A DNA stretch of 63,974 bases, filler included, from an uncultured bacterium (lineage in GTDB: Bacteria; Hinthialibacterota; Hinthialibacteria; Hinthialibacterales; Hinthialibacteraceae), in the NCBI GenBank assembly GCA_964449065.1. It is 5 parts of 5 records of this genome, joined end to end, with 100 filler letters (N's around TTAATTAATTAA, not from the genome) between each part and the next. Parts side by side here need not be neighbours in the genome. Positions count along the whole stretch, not along the records: positions 1 to 14,401 come from CAYVAZ010000116.1; 4 more parts are not named here. One strand, given 5' to 3'. Below are positions 1 through 10,031 of the stretch, piece by piece. A program made the position numbers and the translations under genes. Position 1 is the first letter of the stretch, and every line of letters starts with the position of its first letter. Below the pieces are notes generated by a model that was not told the DNA's origin, made no database searches, and saw only the letters and a program-made list of their open reading frames with translations.

Positions 1-1364
1 TCTTCAAACGCGCGCATCGATTCCTGTGTTTCCAAATCCCCGATATGCTGGCTGATGAAAATGTTCCTGCCCGCCGTTAGCGCGATGGTGTTCTTTAAGT
101 GTCCGCCCATAGCAACGACGGAAGGCAGTTCCTCTTTCCAATGCACCGGCATCGGCGCGTATCCCCTCGCCCGGCGAATGACCTGTTCTTCACCTTGAAA
201 GACGCGTACCACCGAATCATCCACATGCCGCACGATCCCGCGGTTGTGCACCAAAAAATAATCCGCGATGCCCTGCAAGCGATGGACGGCTTCGCGCTCA
301 TCGATACAAATCGGCTCATCCGAAAGATTCCCGCTGGTGGCAACCACCGGAAACCCCAAATACTGCATCAAGATATGATGCAGCGGCGTGTAGGGAAGCA
401 TCACACCCAAATCGGGGTTGTGACCCACAACAGATTGCGTGATGACAGCGAGCGAATAGATTTTTCGTTTTAGCAGCACAATTGGTGATTTGTACGACAG
501 CAGCAATTCTCTTTCTACTTCATTGACATGACACAACCGTTCCGCCCATTCCATGTTGGGCACCATAACGGCCAGCGGTTTTTCGTTCCGCTGCTTCCGG
601 TTTCGCAGCGATTGCACCGCCCGCTTATTTCGCGCATCCACCAAAAGGTGAAATCCGCCCAACCCTTTCACCGCCACAATAGAACCATGCTGAAGCAGCG
701 TGGATACTTCCAAGACCGCGTCATGATGGCTGGTAACGATCTTCCCATTTGCGTTCCACAACTCGATATGCGGACCGCACACCGGGCACGCGTTAGGCTG
801 CGCGTGAAAACGCCGGTTGGTGGGATCGTCATATTCGGATTGGCATTTCGGGCACATTTGAAACCGGTGCATGGATGTATGGCAGCGGTCATAGGGCAAA
901 TCGTGAAGAATCGAAAAGCGCGGACCGCAATTCGTGCAGTTGGTAAACGGATAGAGATACCGCCGGTTGGCTGGATCAAACACGTCCCGCAAACAATCCG
1001 GGCAGACCGCCAAATCCGGAAGAATAATGGAGGTCTTCTTCCCGTTAGGATTGCTGTCGCGAATCACGAAATGATTGCGGTGCTTTAAAACGCAGTCTTT
1101 CTGAAGCAAACGGTCTATGGATGCGATGGGTGGAAGATCCCGGTACAGCAACGTTATGAAGGATTCGATTTTCTCAGCGCGGCCTTCAATTTCAATGCAA
1201 ACCCCTTGCGGTGTATTGCTGATTTCCCCCGCCAACCCCAACTGCTGGGCAAGCCGGTAAACAAAGGGGCGAAACCCCACCCCTTGCACACAACCCTCTA
1301 TCTCGAGTTGGCGGCACATTTTGTTCTTCGAATGCGTTATGGAAATAGATTCTTCCGTTAGCAT
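1..1364 (-). CDS. hypF: Hydrogenase maturation carbamoyltransferase HypF (3' end runs off window)
   Basis: Absent from the ORF track because there is no stop in the window. Manual translation from ATG 1364 gives MLTEES...GCVQGVGFRPFVYRLA (acylphosphatase-like domain) and FTNCTNCGPRF...CPKCQSEYDDPTNRRFHAQPNACPVCGP (HypF zinc fingers). Lies directly downstream of hypA. Confidence 0.95.
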   Translation of the reverse strand, partial: MLTEESISITHSKNKMCRQLEIEGCVQGVGFRPFVYRLAQQLGLAGEISNTPQGVCIEIEGRAEKIESFITLLYRDLPPIASIDRLLQKDCVLKHRNHFVIRDSNPNGKKTSIILPDLAVCPDCLRDVFDPANRRYLYPFTNCTNCGPRFSILHDLPYDRCHTSMHRFQMCPKCQSEYDDPTNRRFHAQPNACPVCGPHIELWNANGKIVTSHHDAVLEVSTLLQHGSIVAVKGLGGFHLLVDARNKRAVQSLRNRKQRNEKPLAVMVPNMEWAERLCHVNEVERELLLSYKSPIVLLKRKIYSLAVITQSVVGHNPDLGVMLPYTPLHHILMQYLGFPVVATSGNLSDEPICIDEREAVHRLQGIADYFLVHNRGIVRHVDDSVVRVFQGEEQVIRRARGYAPMPVHWKEELPSVVAMGGHLKNTIALTAGRNIFISQHIGDLETQESMRAFE

Positions 1365-1379
1365 GAAGCGGTCTCTTTC

Positions 1380-1724
1380 TTAGGTTTTAATGTCTACCAG
1401 TTCCAATCCGTGATGCTCATCAATCAGAACCGAGTGCCCGCATTGCGGACATACATAATAGTGTCCCAACAAATCATCGGCATCCACGGTCTCTTCATAT
1501 CCGCACCCTTTGCATTTGTTGGTGATTACATGATCCTCAATCACCAGCTTGGCGTTTTGCAGCGGCGTATTCGGCGAAAGCATTTCATACGCCTGTTCCA
1601 ACGCCCCCTTCGAAAACGTACTGTCGCGCCGCAGCCGAAGTTCTTTCACTTCCTGCACACCTTGTTGACTCAACTGATCAGTGAGTTGATTCATCATTTG
1701 TTCTACGATGCCGTACTCGTGCAT
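1380..1724 (-). CDS. hypA: Hydrogenase nickel metallochaperone HypA
   Basis: Begins MHE, has two CxxC motifs (CKGC, CPQC), is 114 aa long, and has a GGAGG RBS before ATG 1724. Confidence 0.9.
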   Translation of the reverse strand: MHEYGIVEQMMNQLTDQLSQQGVQEVKELRLRRDSTFSKGALEQAYEMLSPNTPLQNAKLVIEDHVITNKCKGCGYEETVDADDLLGHYYVCPQCGHSVLIDEHHGLELVDIKT

Positions 1725-1972
1725 TGTCCTTTCCTCCAAATGGTATTGATAAATGAGAAATTCGATGAAAGTACTCATCATCATTAGATAGAATTGTAAC
1801 TATATCCGGATAAAAATCAATATAAATACCAAAATATCTATAATTATTTCTGTTATTTTTCATATTTTTTTCCGCGAAACCATTGAATTATCCCGGAAAA
1901 ACAGTTAATCTACTATATAGAGATATAATTGTAAATATATAGATATATATTTATCTAGGATGGAGGAGTACG

Positions 1973-2480
1973 ATGGTTCAATTGGCGGAACGACGGATTC
2001 GGTACGAAGCGGAACTCGATCATTCCTTCGCGAAAGAAATGACTGGTCGGATCGGGGACGAAAGCCTTCGGCATTGCATTCAGTGCGGCACGTGCAGTTC
2101 AACCTGCCCGGTGAGCCTGTATATGGATTACACCCCCCGGCGCATTGTCGCCATGACCCGTGAAGGGTTTAAAGACGATGTGCTAGGCGGCTGCCATTAC
2201 ATTAACGGCAATTACAAAGCCCTGCGCCGGTACAAGCTTTTAAAACGCGTGTTGGAGCAAATGGGCATTGAAGACAAACGGGTGCGTTTGGAATGGATCG
2301 CCGCGTCCGAAGGCGAAAAGGTGCAGCGGGTCATTAACGAGATGACCGAAGAGATCAAAGAACTCGGCCCGATGAAACTGCCGCCAACCGCGCGGTCGAG
2401 TTCGGCGAGTTCAGCCTGCAAGTTTTCAATGACATCGTGCTGAAGAATTCCAAATACGTCGAATGGATCACTTCCGACCT
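1973..2480 (+). pseudogene. Collapsed hdrC'-'mvhD-'mvhA-like remnant (heterodisulfide reductase/hydrogenase operon deletion fusion)
   Basis: An HdrC-like N-terminus (CIQCGTCSSTCP) is joined in frame to an MvhD-like C-terminus (GCHYINGNYKALRR...RVRLEWIAASEGEK). From 2383 another frame reads ANRAVEFGEFSLQVFNDIVLKNSKYVEWITSD, which resembles the middle of a group 3 NiFe hydrogenase large subunit. Confidence 0.7.
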
Positions 2481-2664
2481 TACCGATGTTGGAAATTCTT
2501 GTGAAAGAATAAGTGAAAAAGTGGTCGGAAAAAGATTCGTGTGTTGGTCAAGAATTATCGACTGTATGACTAAAGGATTAAATCAATCAAGATATAATAT
2601 GATCTTAATATCACTATTTATGGATTGATATTCCCCAGCATTTTCAACAATATGAATGTTGTTG

Positions 2665-2693
2665 GGAGGGCGAGGCTCCCGTCGAGCCGGAAG
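2665..2693 (+). repeat. REP-like element, family A (GGAGGGCGAGGCTCCyGyCGAGCCGGAAG)
   Basis: Near-identical copies at ~11067-11093 (reverse), ~30458-30489, 59689-59718 and 59941-60026 (reverse). Confidence 0.8.
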
Positions 2694-2761
2694 TTCAGTC
2701 GATCTCAATAAAGACGTATGTTTGCTAGGCATGATTAATCTATAAGCTGTAAAGGAGTATC

Positions 2762-3415
2762 ATGAACCAACCACTCGCTCAAGCGACCTCTCAGTGCTGC
2801 GGGCTTTTACCCGCGTACTCGTTTTATGGCGCTCCCGGCAGCGGCAAAGGGACCCAAGGTCTGATGGTGGCCGAACGCGAATCGTTTCTGCATCTCAGTA
2901 CCGGCGATATCCTCCGCCGCAAAATCGCCGAAGGTGACCCGACCGCGCTGGCGGTGAAAGACGCCATGATCAAAGGCGAATTGGTGGATGATTCCCTCGT
3001 CGGAAAAATGATCCACGATGAGTTGCAGGAAAAAATGAACGGCGAAGGAGTGCGCGGTGTCGTGCTCGATGGCTTTCCGCGCAATCTCAGCCAAGCCCAA
3101 ACGCTCATCCCCATGCTGGAAAGCATCAATACCTGCTTCGTCGGCATGCTGAATTTGGATGTGCCGGAAGACGAAATTTTCCGCCGCCTGATGGAGCGTG
3201 CCGTCATCGAACAGCGCGCGGATGACAACGAAGAATCCATCCGCAAACGCATTGCCGAATGGCGCAAAAACTATGATGACCTCAAAGCCTTCTTTTCCGA
3301 ACGTTTTCGCTTTTACAACGTCGATGGCGTTGGCGAACGGGAAGAAGTCTATGAGCGATTGACGAAAGCCATGCGCTTCACCTGCCGCAAAATCGCCGCT
3401 ACATCAGCCAATTAG
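2762..3415 (+). CDS. adk: Adenylate kinase (short-LID type)
   Basis: P-loop GAPGSGKGTQ, HLSTGDILR, LDGFPRN and RADDNEE motifs; AAGGAG RBS. Confidence 0.92.
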   Translation: MNQPLAQATSQCCGLLPAYSFYGAPGSGKGTQGLMVAERESFLHLSTGDILRRKIAEGDPTALAVKDAMIKGELVDDSLVGKMIHDELQEKMNGEGVRGVVLDGFPRNLSQAQTLIPMLESINTCFVGMLNLDVPEDEIFRRLMERAVIEQRADDNEESIRKRIAEWRKNYDDLKAFFSERFRFYNVDGVGEREEVYERLTKAMRFTCRKIAATSAN

Positions 3416-3596
3416 GGTCGTTTGTTCACGATGAAATGATGAGTCTGTATGTGCTATGCCAAGTTGCATAGTGTGAGCAGAGATGGTCCTGGTTTACCAA
3501 TCCAAACCAAAATTGATGTGGTTGACATGAGCAGGCTTTCGCGTGAGAGCGCGTCACAAGGCGCCATCAGAAAAAACACATCACGTTCCCTGCATT

Positions 3597-4742
3597 TCAA
3601 ACCCTCGGCATCATCAACGCCAACAGATCATCCAACGATGCCGCGGCATCCCATGCCGGATGTACCTGTTGAAAGACCGGTTCGGCCGACTCCAGCACCC
3701 GTTTCATTTCATGAACCGCCTGCCGGCAAAACTGCCACAAGGATGCCATATACAAACTGTCCACAGCCAGATCATGGCGGCGGGCATACAACAGCGCCTG
3801 CCGTGCCTGTTCATAGGCCTGCACCACATATCCCCGCGCCAGCAGCAGATTGATTTCAATCAAAGTCTGAAACTCCTGATGCATCCCGTCATGCCATGCA
3901 TCGCCTTCTTTTGCGGCCGGCTCAAATGAAGATTCGGATGAAATCTCTTCCAGCCAAATCACGCCGGATGTCCATTCCGGCTCCTGACTTGCATTCAACC
4001 GGTGAAGCACCCAAGCCACCCGTGAATTCTCTTCACTGTTTTGCCGGTACGGATTGAGTAGGGAAGCAAAATCAATCTCACAACTCCCTCTGTCGCTGGA
4101 TCGTAAGGTCGTCTCATGCAGCCACTCCGGCTGAGCGATCCCCCGCAAGGTAAGCCGGTATTGCGCCTGGGGCACCAATCCTTCCAGCAAAAACGGCTCC
4201 GCGTCCGGTTGGATGGCCGTGCAGAACAACGGGTTAAACACCGGCAGCGCCGATGATTCGATCCCCCGCCGTTTGGCCGAATACACAGGTTCTTGCATGG
4301 TATGCGCATCCCGCATGGCCGGGGCAGGAACCAATCCGCCCGCGATTTCGTGCAGCAGAGTCTGCATCGATGAAGAGGCCTGTCGGGCAATCGTTTTCGG
4401 GACGCGAACCGAATTCCACGCATGTTGAAGGTCCCGCAGCCAATAATGACTCAACTCCGGCTGTGCCCATTGCGCTAATACGGTTTGCCGTGCATCGATG
4501 GGTGAAGACGCGGCATTCCGGTTCACGATTGCATCAAACCACTTGCGTCTCGGTGCCTCACGAACGGCCGTGAGTTGCGCGGGTTCTACCCAGTTGCTCA
4601 CCGGTTCGGGTTGGCATTGGATATCCTCTATCATTCGGTTCGTCATTTCCCAAGCCTCCTTCGAAGCGGGCTGCGTATGCTGTCTGCGGGGTTCGTGTTT
4701 CATCGTCACATTTCCGTATTTTGATTTTTCATTTCGCATCAA
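3597..4742 (-). CDS. Hypothetical protein, candidate anti-sigma or partner of the upstream sigma-like gene
   Basis: 381-aa ORF 37 nt downstream of the sigma-like gene on the same strand; no recognised family motif. Confidence 0.55.
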   Translation of the reverse strand: MMRNEKSKYGNVTMKHEPRRQHTQPASKEAWEMTNRMIEDIQCQPEPVSNWVEPAQLTAVREAPRRKWFDAIVNRNAASSPIDARQTVLAQWAQPELSHYWLRDLQHAWNSVRVPKTIARQASSSMQTLLHEIAGGLVPAPAMRDAHTMQEPVYSAKRRGIESSALPVFNPLFCTAIQPDAEPFLLEGLVPQAQYRLTLRGIAQPEWLHETTLRSSDRGSCEIDFASLLNPYRQNSEENSRVAWVLHRLNASQEPEWTSGVIWLEEISSESSFEPAAKEGDAWHDGMHQEFQTLIEINLLLARGYVVQAYEQARQALLYARRHDLAVDSLYMASLWQFCRQAVHEMKRVLESAEPVFQQVHPAWDAAASLDDLLALMMPRV

Positions 4743-4779
4743 TAAAACCCATCTCTAGTCTCTAATCATAAAACTCGAA

Positions 4780-6366
4780 CTACGTGGCGAAGCCCATTTG
4801 CATTTGAATCAGCGATTTACACTGGTTCCACAAATAATCCACACTGCCGCGCGGTACATTGAGTTCGTTGCCGATGGTTTCATTCGTCAGCCCTTCCGAT
4901 TTGTAGCGGATGAGTTCCGCGCAGGGAATGCTGCGGCTTTTATAAGTCAAATATACCATGCTCATTGTATCCATCAGCTTGCGGTAATCCATTTCATCCT
5001 GCACGTTTTGCGAGGATGATTCCGCCATGCGTTCAATCGATTCGGGATCGACTTCCTGATATGCCTGATACAACCGTGTCGCATACCCGCAGGATGGGCA
5101 TTCCCAATGGGTTTCTGCGCTAAGTGTTTCACTGCATCCCACCGGGCACCGGGTAAAATCGACCCCGCAGTTGCGGCACTGCGTATCCGAAAACGACGAC
5201 CGCATCGAACCGCACTGCCAGCAGGCATAAGCCGTATGCGAATGCTTGCGGATCAAATCAATCAGCCGCTTTTTGGCTATATGCCGGATCGAGCGGTCAA
5301 ACCCCGCCTTTAACATCCATTCCGGCATTGTTCGTGTTGAACGGCTGGCAGTGACAATCACTTGGCCTTCCGCGTCCGATACCCAATCGTAAACATTCTC
5401 GATTCGCGCTTCATCCTGTACCTTGTTTTTTTCTCGTACGGGTATCGTAATCTTACCAAAAGTTTTCTCAAATTTGTTCCGGTGGCCGGATGAATACCAT
5501 TCGATCGGATCGTTTTTTTGGGAAAGCGAAATCACCGCGATCCGCTGATTGGGATACTCCAAGGCAATCCTTTTCCCGTCCTCCGAAAAAATCAGTATCA
5601 AAGGCGCTTCCTTTGCTTGCCCCTCTTCACTTGCCGCGCTCATATCCAACTGTGCCGTGCATTCCTGAGTTTCCGCGTCCCACACCATCAACTGATGATC
5701 GATTCGGTATCCGGCAATCTGATTGCGGTTTGGCGATAGGGCCGCCCGTAAAAAACCGCCCTTGCGCCGTCCCCGGGTTCCCAGAGGTGGAAACTCTCTA
5801 TGAGTACCGTCCGCCTTCCACAAATGAACCGATAGATCCGTCAAGCACATCACGGTTTCTTCCATCACCATACCCCACAGTTCATCGATCAGGGTATCCG
5901 GTTGGATGGACAACTGCTGCACCGAACCGCTATGGCGGTATACGATATTCTTCACGACTGATTCCATCCAACGGCAGTGCAGGTTGGCACCATAATTCAC
6001 CAAGAGGTTTTGGCTTGGTTCATGCGGCGAATAGATCATCTCGACCACTTTCGGGTCAAAAAAGACCGCTTGCACGTTCTCTTTCAACCACTGTTCCATG
6101 TCATTCGGTGCGGCAGACGCTTTGGGATGGCTGCGCTGCTGCAAAATCAGCCGTTTCAGTGTGCGTTGCGCCACCCCCTGCCACCAATCCGGACGCGCGG
6201 CATCAAACCAGGGCTGTTCGTGCAGGCGCGCAAGATAACGTTCAACAAACCGCTTCCACGTCTGCCCTTCCAAGGCACGGTCCGGCTCAAACAGCATCAC
6301 GTGTTCGTCTTTCATCTCAGACGGCATACCATCTCCCCCAGCCTGAACACCGTGTACAATGGTCAT
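4780..6366 (-). CDS. Atypical ECF sigma-70-like factor with WD40-like insertion and double zinc ribbon
   Basis: Sigma2.3/2.4-like FDRSIRHIAKKRLIDLIRK; C-terminal sigma4-like EGLTNETIGNELNVPRGSVDYLWNQCK; WD-like blades ALSPNRNQIA...LMVWDAET and IFSEDGKRIA; four Cys pairs (CWQC, CRNC, CPVGC, CPSC). Confidence 0.6.
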   Translation of the reverse strand: MTIVHGVQAGGDGMPSEMKDEHVMLFEPDRALEGQTWKRFVERYLARLHEQPWFDAARPDWWQGVAQRTLKRLILQQRSHPKASAAPNDMEQWLKENVQAVFFDPKVVEMIYSPHEPSQNLLVNYGANLHCRWMESVVKNIVYRHSGSVQQLSIQPDTLIDELWGMVMEETVMCLTDLSVHLWKADGTHREFPPLGTRGRRKGGFLRAALSPNRNQIAGYRIDHQLMVWDAETQECTAQLDMSAASEEGQAKEAPLILIFSEDGKRIALEYPNQRIAVISLSQKNDPIEWYSSGHRNKFEKTFGKITIPVREKNKVQDEARIENVYDWVSDAEGQVIVTASRSTRTMPEWMLKAGFDRSIRHIAKKRLIDLIRKHSHTAYACWQCGSMRSSFSDTQCRNCGVDFTRCPVGCSETLSAETHWECPSCGYATRLYQAYQEVDPESIERMAESSSQNVQDEMDYRKLMDTMSMVYLTYKSRSIPCAELIRYKSEGLTNETIGNELNVPRGSVDYLWNQCKSLIQMQMGFAT

Positions 6367-6499
6367 ATCGTTCCCATTTTGTGTTTGGCTAGTTTTTTTG
6401 CAGTCCCCCAGAAATAATGGCGGTCGGGGTTCTGTGTTTTATTTTTCTCTTATTATACTGTTACCATTCGTTTGATCATTGGCTGAAGAGGGTTGATTT

Positions 6500-7444
6500 A
6501 TGCTTTCGTATCTTTTTATAGTAATTGGGATTGTCTTGCTTTATTTTGGCGGCGAAATGTTAGTGAATCATGCCGCCAAATTGGCGCGGTTTTGGGGCAT
6601 CAGCCCAATGATCGTGGGGCTGACCGTCGTTGCCTTCGCCACTTCCAGCCCCGAACTGGCTGCCACTGTCGCCGCTTCGATTAAAGGAACCTCCGATGTT
6701 GCCATTGGCAATGTCATCGGCTCGAATATTGCCAATATCGGCCTTATTTTAGGAGCCGCGGCACTCATTTTTCCCATCTTCACGTCCATCAAGTTTATCG
6801 TGCGCGAAGGGATGTTTATGGTCGTGTCCAGCGGAATCGTCGCGCTTTTATGTCTCAACGGCCACCTGAACCGCATCGAAGGGCTTTCGTTTGTGGTGGT
6901 GCTTACCGCGTATGTGTGGTTTGTGATCAAAACCAGCAAGAATGAGAATGTTCCCGTAGCCATGTTGCAGGATGTTCCCGTTACGGTGGAAGGCTCCGTG
7001 TGGTATTCAGTGGTTATGGTGATAATCGGCATTGCACTCTTGGTCGCCGGGGCCGACCGCTTGGTGGAAGGCGCGGTCACCATCGCGCTGAGTTTCGGCA
7101 TTTCCGAACGGGTGATTGGTCTGACGATGGTCGCCTTTGGAACCAGCCTGCCCGAACTGGCCAGTTGCATCGTCGCTGCTTATAAGAAGGAATCCGACAT
7201 CATTTTGGGCAATGTCATCGGTTCAAACATCTTCAACGTCCTCTGCGTATTGGGAACCGCCGTGCTCATCCGCCCGCTGGATTTCAATGCGGGGAACATC
7301 CACATTGACCTGATTGTGATGATGGTTTTCAGCATCGCCATCCTCCCCTTTCTTACAACCGGCCTAAACCTCAGCCGCCGCGAAGGTATCCTGTTGGTTG
7401 GCGGCTATAGTGCATATATCGCCTATTTGTTCTATTCGCGTTAG
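6500..7444 (+). CDS. Calcium/sodium antiporter (YrbG/CaCA family)
   Basis: Two repeated motifs, GLTVVAFATSSPEL...GNVIGSNIAN and GLTMVAFGTSLPEL...GNVIGSNIFN; polytopic hydrophobic protein. Confidence 0.93.
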   Translation: MLSYLFIVIGIVLLYFGGEMLVNHAAKLARFWGISPMIVGLTVVAFATSSPELAATVAASIKGTSDVAIGNVIGSNIANIGLILGAAALIFPIFTSIKFIVREGMFMVVSSGIVALLCLNGHLNRIEGLSFVVVLTAYVWFVIKTSKNENVPVAMLQDVPVTVEGSVWYSVVMVIIGIALLVAGADRLVEGAVTIALSFGISERVIGLTMVAFGTSLPELASCIVAAYKKESDIILGNVIGSNIFNVLCVLGTAVLIRPLDFNAGNIHIDLIVMMVFSIAILPFLTTGLNLSRREGILLVGGYSAYIAYLFYSR

Positions 7445-7535
7445 GTTGTTTTCCTCACCACCCATCATGGCTTTATCCATTTCATCCAACCTACAGCGGC
7501 TTTATACATAAGAATTCAATTCCGCATCCATATCG

Positions 7536-9398
7536 TTACTCAACCGTCACACTCTTCGCTAGATTTCTCGGCTTATCCACATCGCAGCCGCGCAAAAGAG
7601 CCGTGTGGTAAGCCAGCAGTTGCAGGGGGATGACCGATAAGATTGGCTGCAGGAACTCGGCGGTATCGGGAATGTAGATCACATCATCCGCGTGATCTTG
7701 TATGGTCTCATCGCCTTCGGTGGCGATGGCAATCACCTTCCCCCCGCGCGCGCGGACTTCTTCGATGTTGCTCAATACTTTGTCATAAATCTCACTGCGC
7801 GGGATCAGAAATACGGAGGGCGTGTTCTCCTCTATCAGGGCGATCGGACCGTGCTTCATTTCGGCGGCGGGGTAGCCTTCGGCATGGATGTAACTCACTT
7901 CCTTGAGTTTTAACGCTCCTTCTAGCGCCACCGGATATTGATAAATCCGTCCAAGATACAGCATGTGGTTGCAGTGCGCATATTTCTGAGCGATGCGCTT
8001 GATTTCATCATCCTGCGGATAGATTTGTTGAATGCGTTCCGGCAGCTGCCGCAGGTGGTGGATGATCCTGCGGCCGTCCGGGAACGATAGGTGCCGCATC
8101 CGTCCCAAATACAACGCCAGCAATGCCAGCACGGTTACCTGCGCGGTAAACGCTTTGGTGGATGCCACGCCAATCTCTAATCCCGCATGAAGGTATATTC
8201 CCCCATCGGCTTCGCGGGCGATCGAACTGCCGACCACATTGCAGACCGCAAGGGTATGGTGGCCTTTGCGCTTTGCTTCTTTTAACGCGGCGAGCGTATC
8301 GGCGGTCTCGCCGGATTGCGTGAGCGCGATGAACAGCGTGCGGTTGTTCATGGGGGCGTTGCGGTAGCGAAACTCGCTGGCAAATTCCACTTCCACGGGT
8401 ACGCGGGCGAGTTCTTCGATGAGGTATTCTCCTACCAGCGCGGCGTGCCAGCTGGTGCCGCAACCCAGCAGCACGATGCGGTCTATGTTGATGAGATCTT
8501 TGGCTTCGATGTTCAAACCGCCGAAGTGGGCGCTGGCTTCATCCATATTAAACCGACCGCGCATGGCGTTGCGCACCGCTTCATCCTGTTCGCAAATTTC
8601 CTTGAGCATATAGTGCGGGTAATCGCCCAGTTCCACATCCTGCGCGTGAGATTCCAGCACCTGAATGTAGGGTTGGATCGGTCCCTGTTCGGGGTGAAAG
8701 AGATGAATGTCATCCGGCGTAATCAGGGCAATCTCATGATCGTTGAGGTAGACCAATTGATTGGAGTACGGTTGCAGCGCGTTGGCGTCACTGGCGATGA
8801 AGTGTTCGCCGTCTTCGGTAGCCAACACGAGGGGACTGCCGACACGGACGGCCGCGATCATAGCGGGATAATCCCGAAACACAATCGCCAGTCCAAACGC
8901 GCCTTTGAGCTTCTTTAACGCTTGAAAGAGAGTATCGGAAAATTGCTGATAGAATTCCGGATTTTTCTGATCGAAGGAATGCGGCAGGAAATGATAATCG
9001 ATCCAATGGGCAATCACTTCGGTGTCGGTATCGCTGACAAACGAATATCCCTCTTTTTCCAAGCGTGTGCGCAAATCACGGTAGTTTTCGATCACGCCAT
9101 TGTGGACAAGCGCGACGCGTTGATCTCCACCGAAGTGAGGATGGGCATTCGCTTTGGTCACGCTGCCATGCGTGGCCCAGCGGGTGTGGCCGATGCCTGC
9201 ATGACCCTCCAGCGAATGATGAGAGACCTTATCGGCAAGCGATTGAATCCGCCCCACCGATTTGCAGCACGCGATATCATGATCCTGCAAGACCGCGATG
9301 CCCGCGCTGTCATAGCCGCGGTATTCCAAGCGCCGCAATCCTTCCAGTAAAACAGTCTGCGCTTGGCGGTGACCGGTATACCCAACAATTCCACACAT
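7536..9398 (-). CDS. glmS: Glutamine-fructose-6-phosphate transaminase
   Basis: MCGIVG start at ATG 9398; LEYRGYDSAG, GHTRWATHG and QSGETADT motifs; ends PRNLAKSVTVE. Confidence 0.98.
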   Translation of the reverse strand: MCGIVGYTGHRQAQTVLLEGLRRLEYRGYDSAGIAVLQDHDIACCKSVGRIQSLADKVSHHSLEGHAGIGHTRWATHGSVTKANAHPHFGGDQRVALVHNGVIENYRDLRTRLEKEGYSFVSDTDTEVIAHWIDYHFLPHSFDQKNPEFYQQFSDTLFQALKKLKGAFGLAIVFRDYPAMIAAVRVGSPLVLATEDGEHFIASDANALQPYSNQLVYLNDHEIALITPDDIHLFHPEQGPIQPYIQVLESHAQDVELGDYPHYMLKEICEQDEAVRNAMRGRFNMDEASAHFGGLNIEAKDLINIDRIVLLGCGTSWHAALVGEYLIEELARVPVEVEFASEFRYRNAPMNNRTLFIALTQSGETADTLAALKEAKRKGHHTLAVCNVVGSSIAREADGGIYLHAGLEIGVASTKAFTAQVTVLALLALYLGRMRHLSFPDGRRIIHHLRQLPERIQQIYPQDDEIKRIAQKYAHCNHMLYLGRIYQYPVALEGALKLKEVSYIHAEGYPAAEMKHGPIALIEENTPSVFLIPRSEIYDKVLSNIEEVRARGGKVIAIATEGDETIQDHADDVIYIPDTAEFLQPILSVIPLQLLAYHTALLRGCDVDKPRNLAKSVTVE

Positions 9399-9632
9399 TG
9401 TGTTTACAACCTTACTATGATAGTAATACAATTTTTAATAATGTTTTCAGGTATCATACCGTCTGTTTCAATAAATCAAGATAAGGGATCTACCGGCCCA
9501 TTTTTTACGGACACCGTTTTTTGGAGCCAATGTATTTTGTTGAATTGAAGATGAATTGCATATAGGATGTATTTGAAATACGAATTGTATAATATTGTAA
9601 CCATAAGTACAGACTAAAGTTCTCATTGAAAA

Positions 9633-10031
9633 ATGATCTCTTATTCAGAGTTAACGGCAATTTCTACGGAACGAATTAAAGATGCTGAAATCCTATTGCA
9701 TGGGCGAAGATATGATGGGGCTGTATACTTATGTGGATATGCCGTTGAACTTTGGTTGAAAGCAAAAATATGCCAGACATTAAATTGGGCTGAATACCCA
9801 GAAACAAATCATGAATTTAAGAATTATCAAAGTTTTCGTACGCATGATTTGGAAGTTTTACTGCATTTGTCCGGGATCGAAAATATCGTCAGAAGTAAAA
9901 AATACAAAGTAGAATGGTCTATAGTAAAAAATTGGAATCCAAACATGCGATATAGTCCAAGGAATCAAGTGAATTATTCAGACACAAATGAAATGATCAA
10001 ATCCGCGAAAGTATTGGTGGCAATCCAATGA
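9633..10031 (+). CDS. HEPN domain protein
   Basis: DAEILL...RYDGAVYLCGYAVELWLKA, THDLEVLL and WNPNMRY match the HEPN pattern; lies in an AT-rich islet. Confidence 0.8.
   Translation: MISYSELTAISTERIKDAEILLHGRRYDGAVYLCGYAVELWLKAKICQTLNWAEYPETNHEFKNYQSFRTHDLEVLLHLSGIENIVRSKKYKVEWSIVKNWNPNMRYSPRNQVNYSDTNEMIKSAKVLVAIQ

Noticed and set aside
95..1088. ORF-track ORFs at 95-343, 99-473, 528-1088 and 668-979
   Set aside because: Antisense or off-frame shadows of hypF.
9399..9632. glmS ribozyme upstream of glmS
   Set aside because: No recognisable conserved core in this AT-rich intergenic region.
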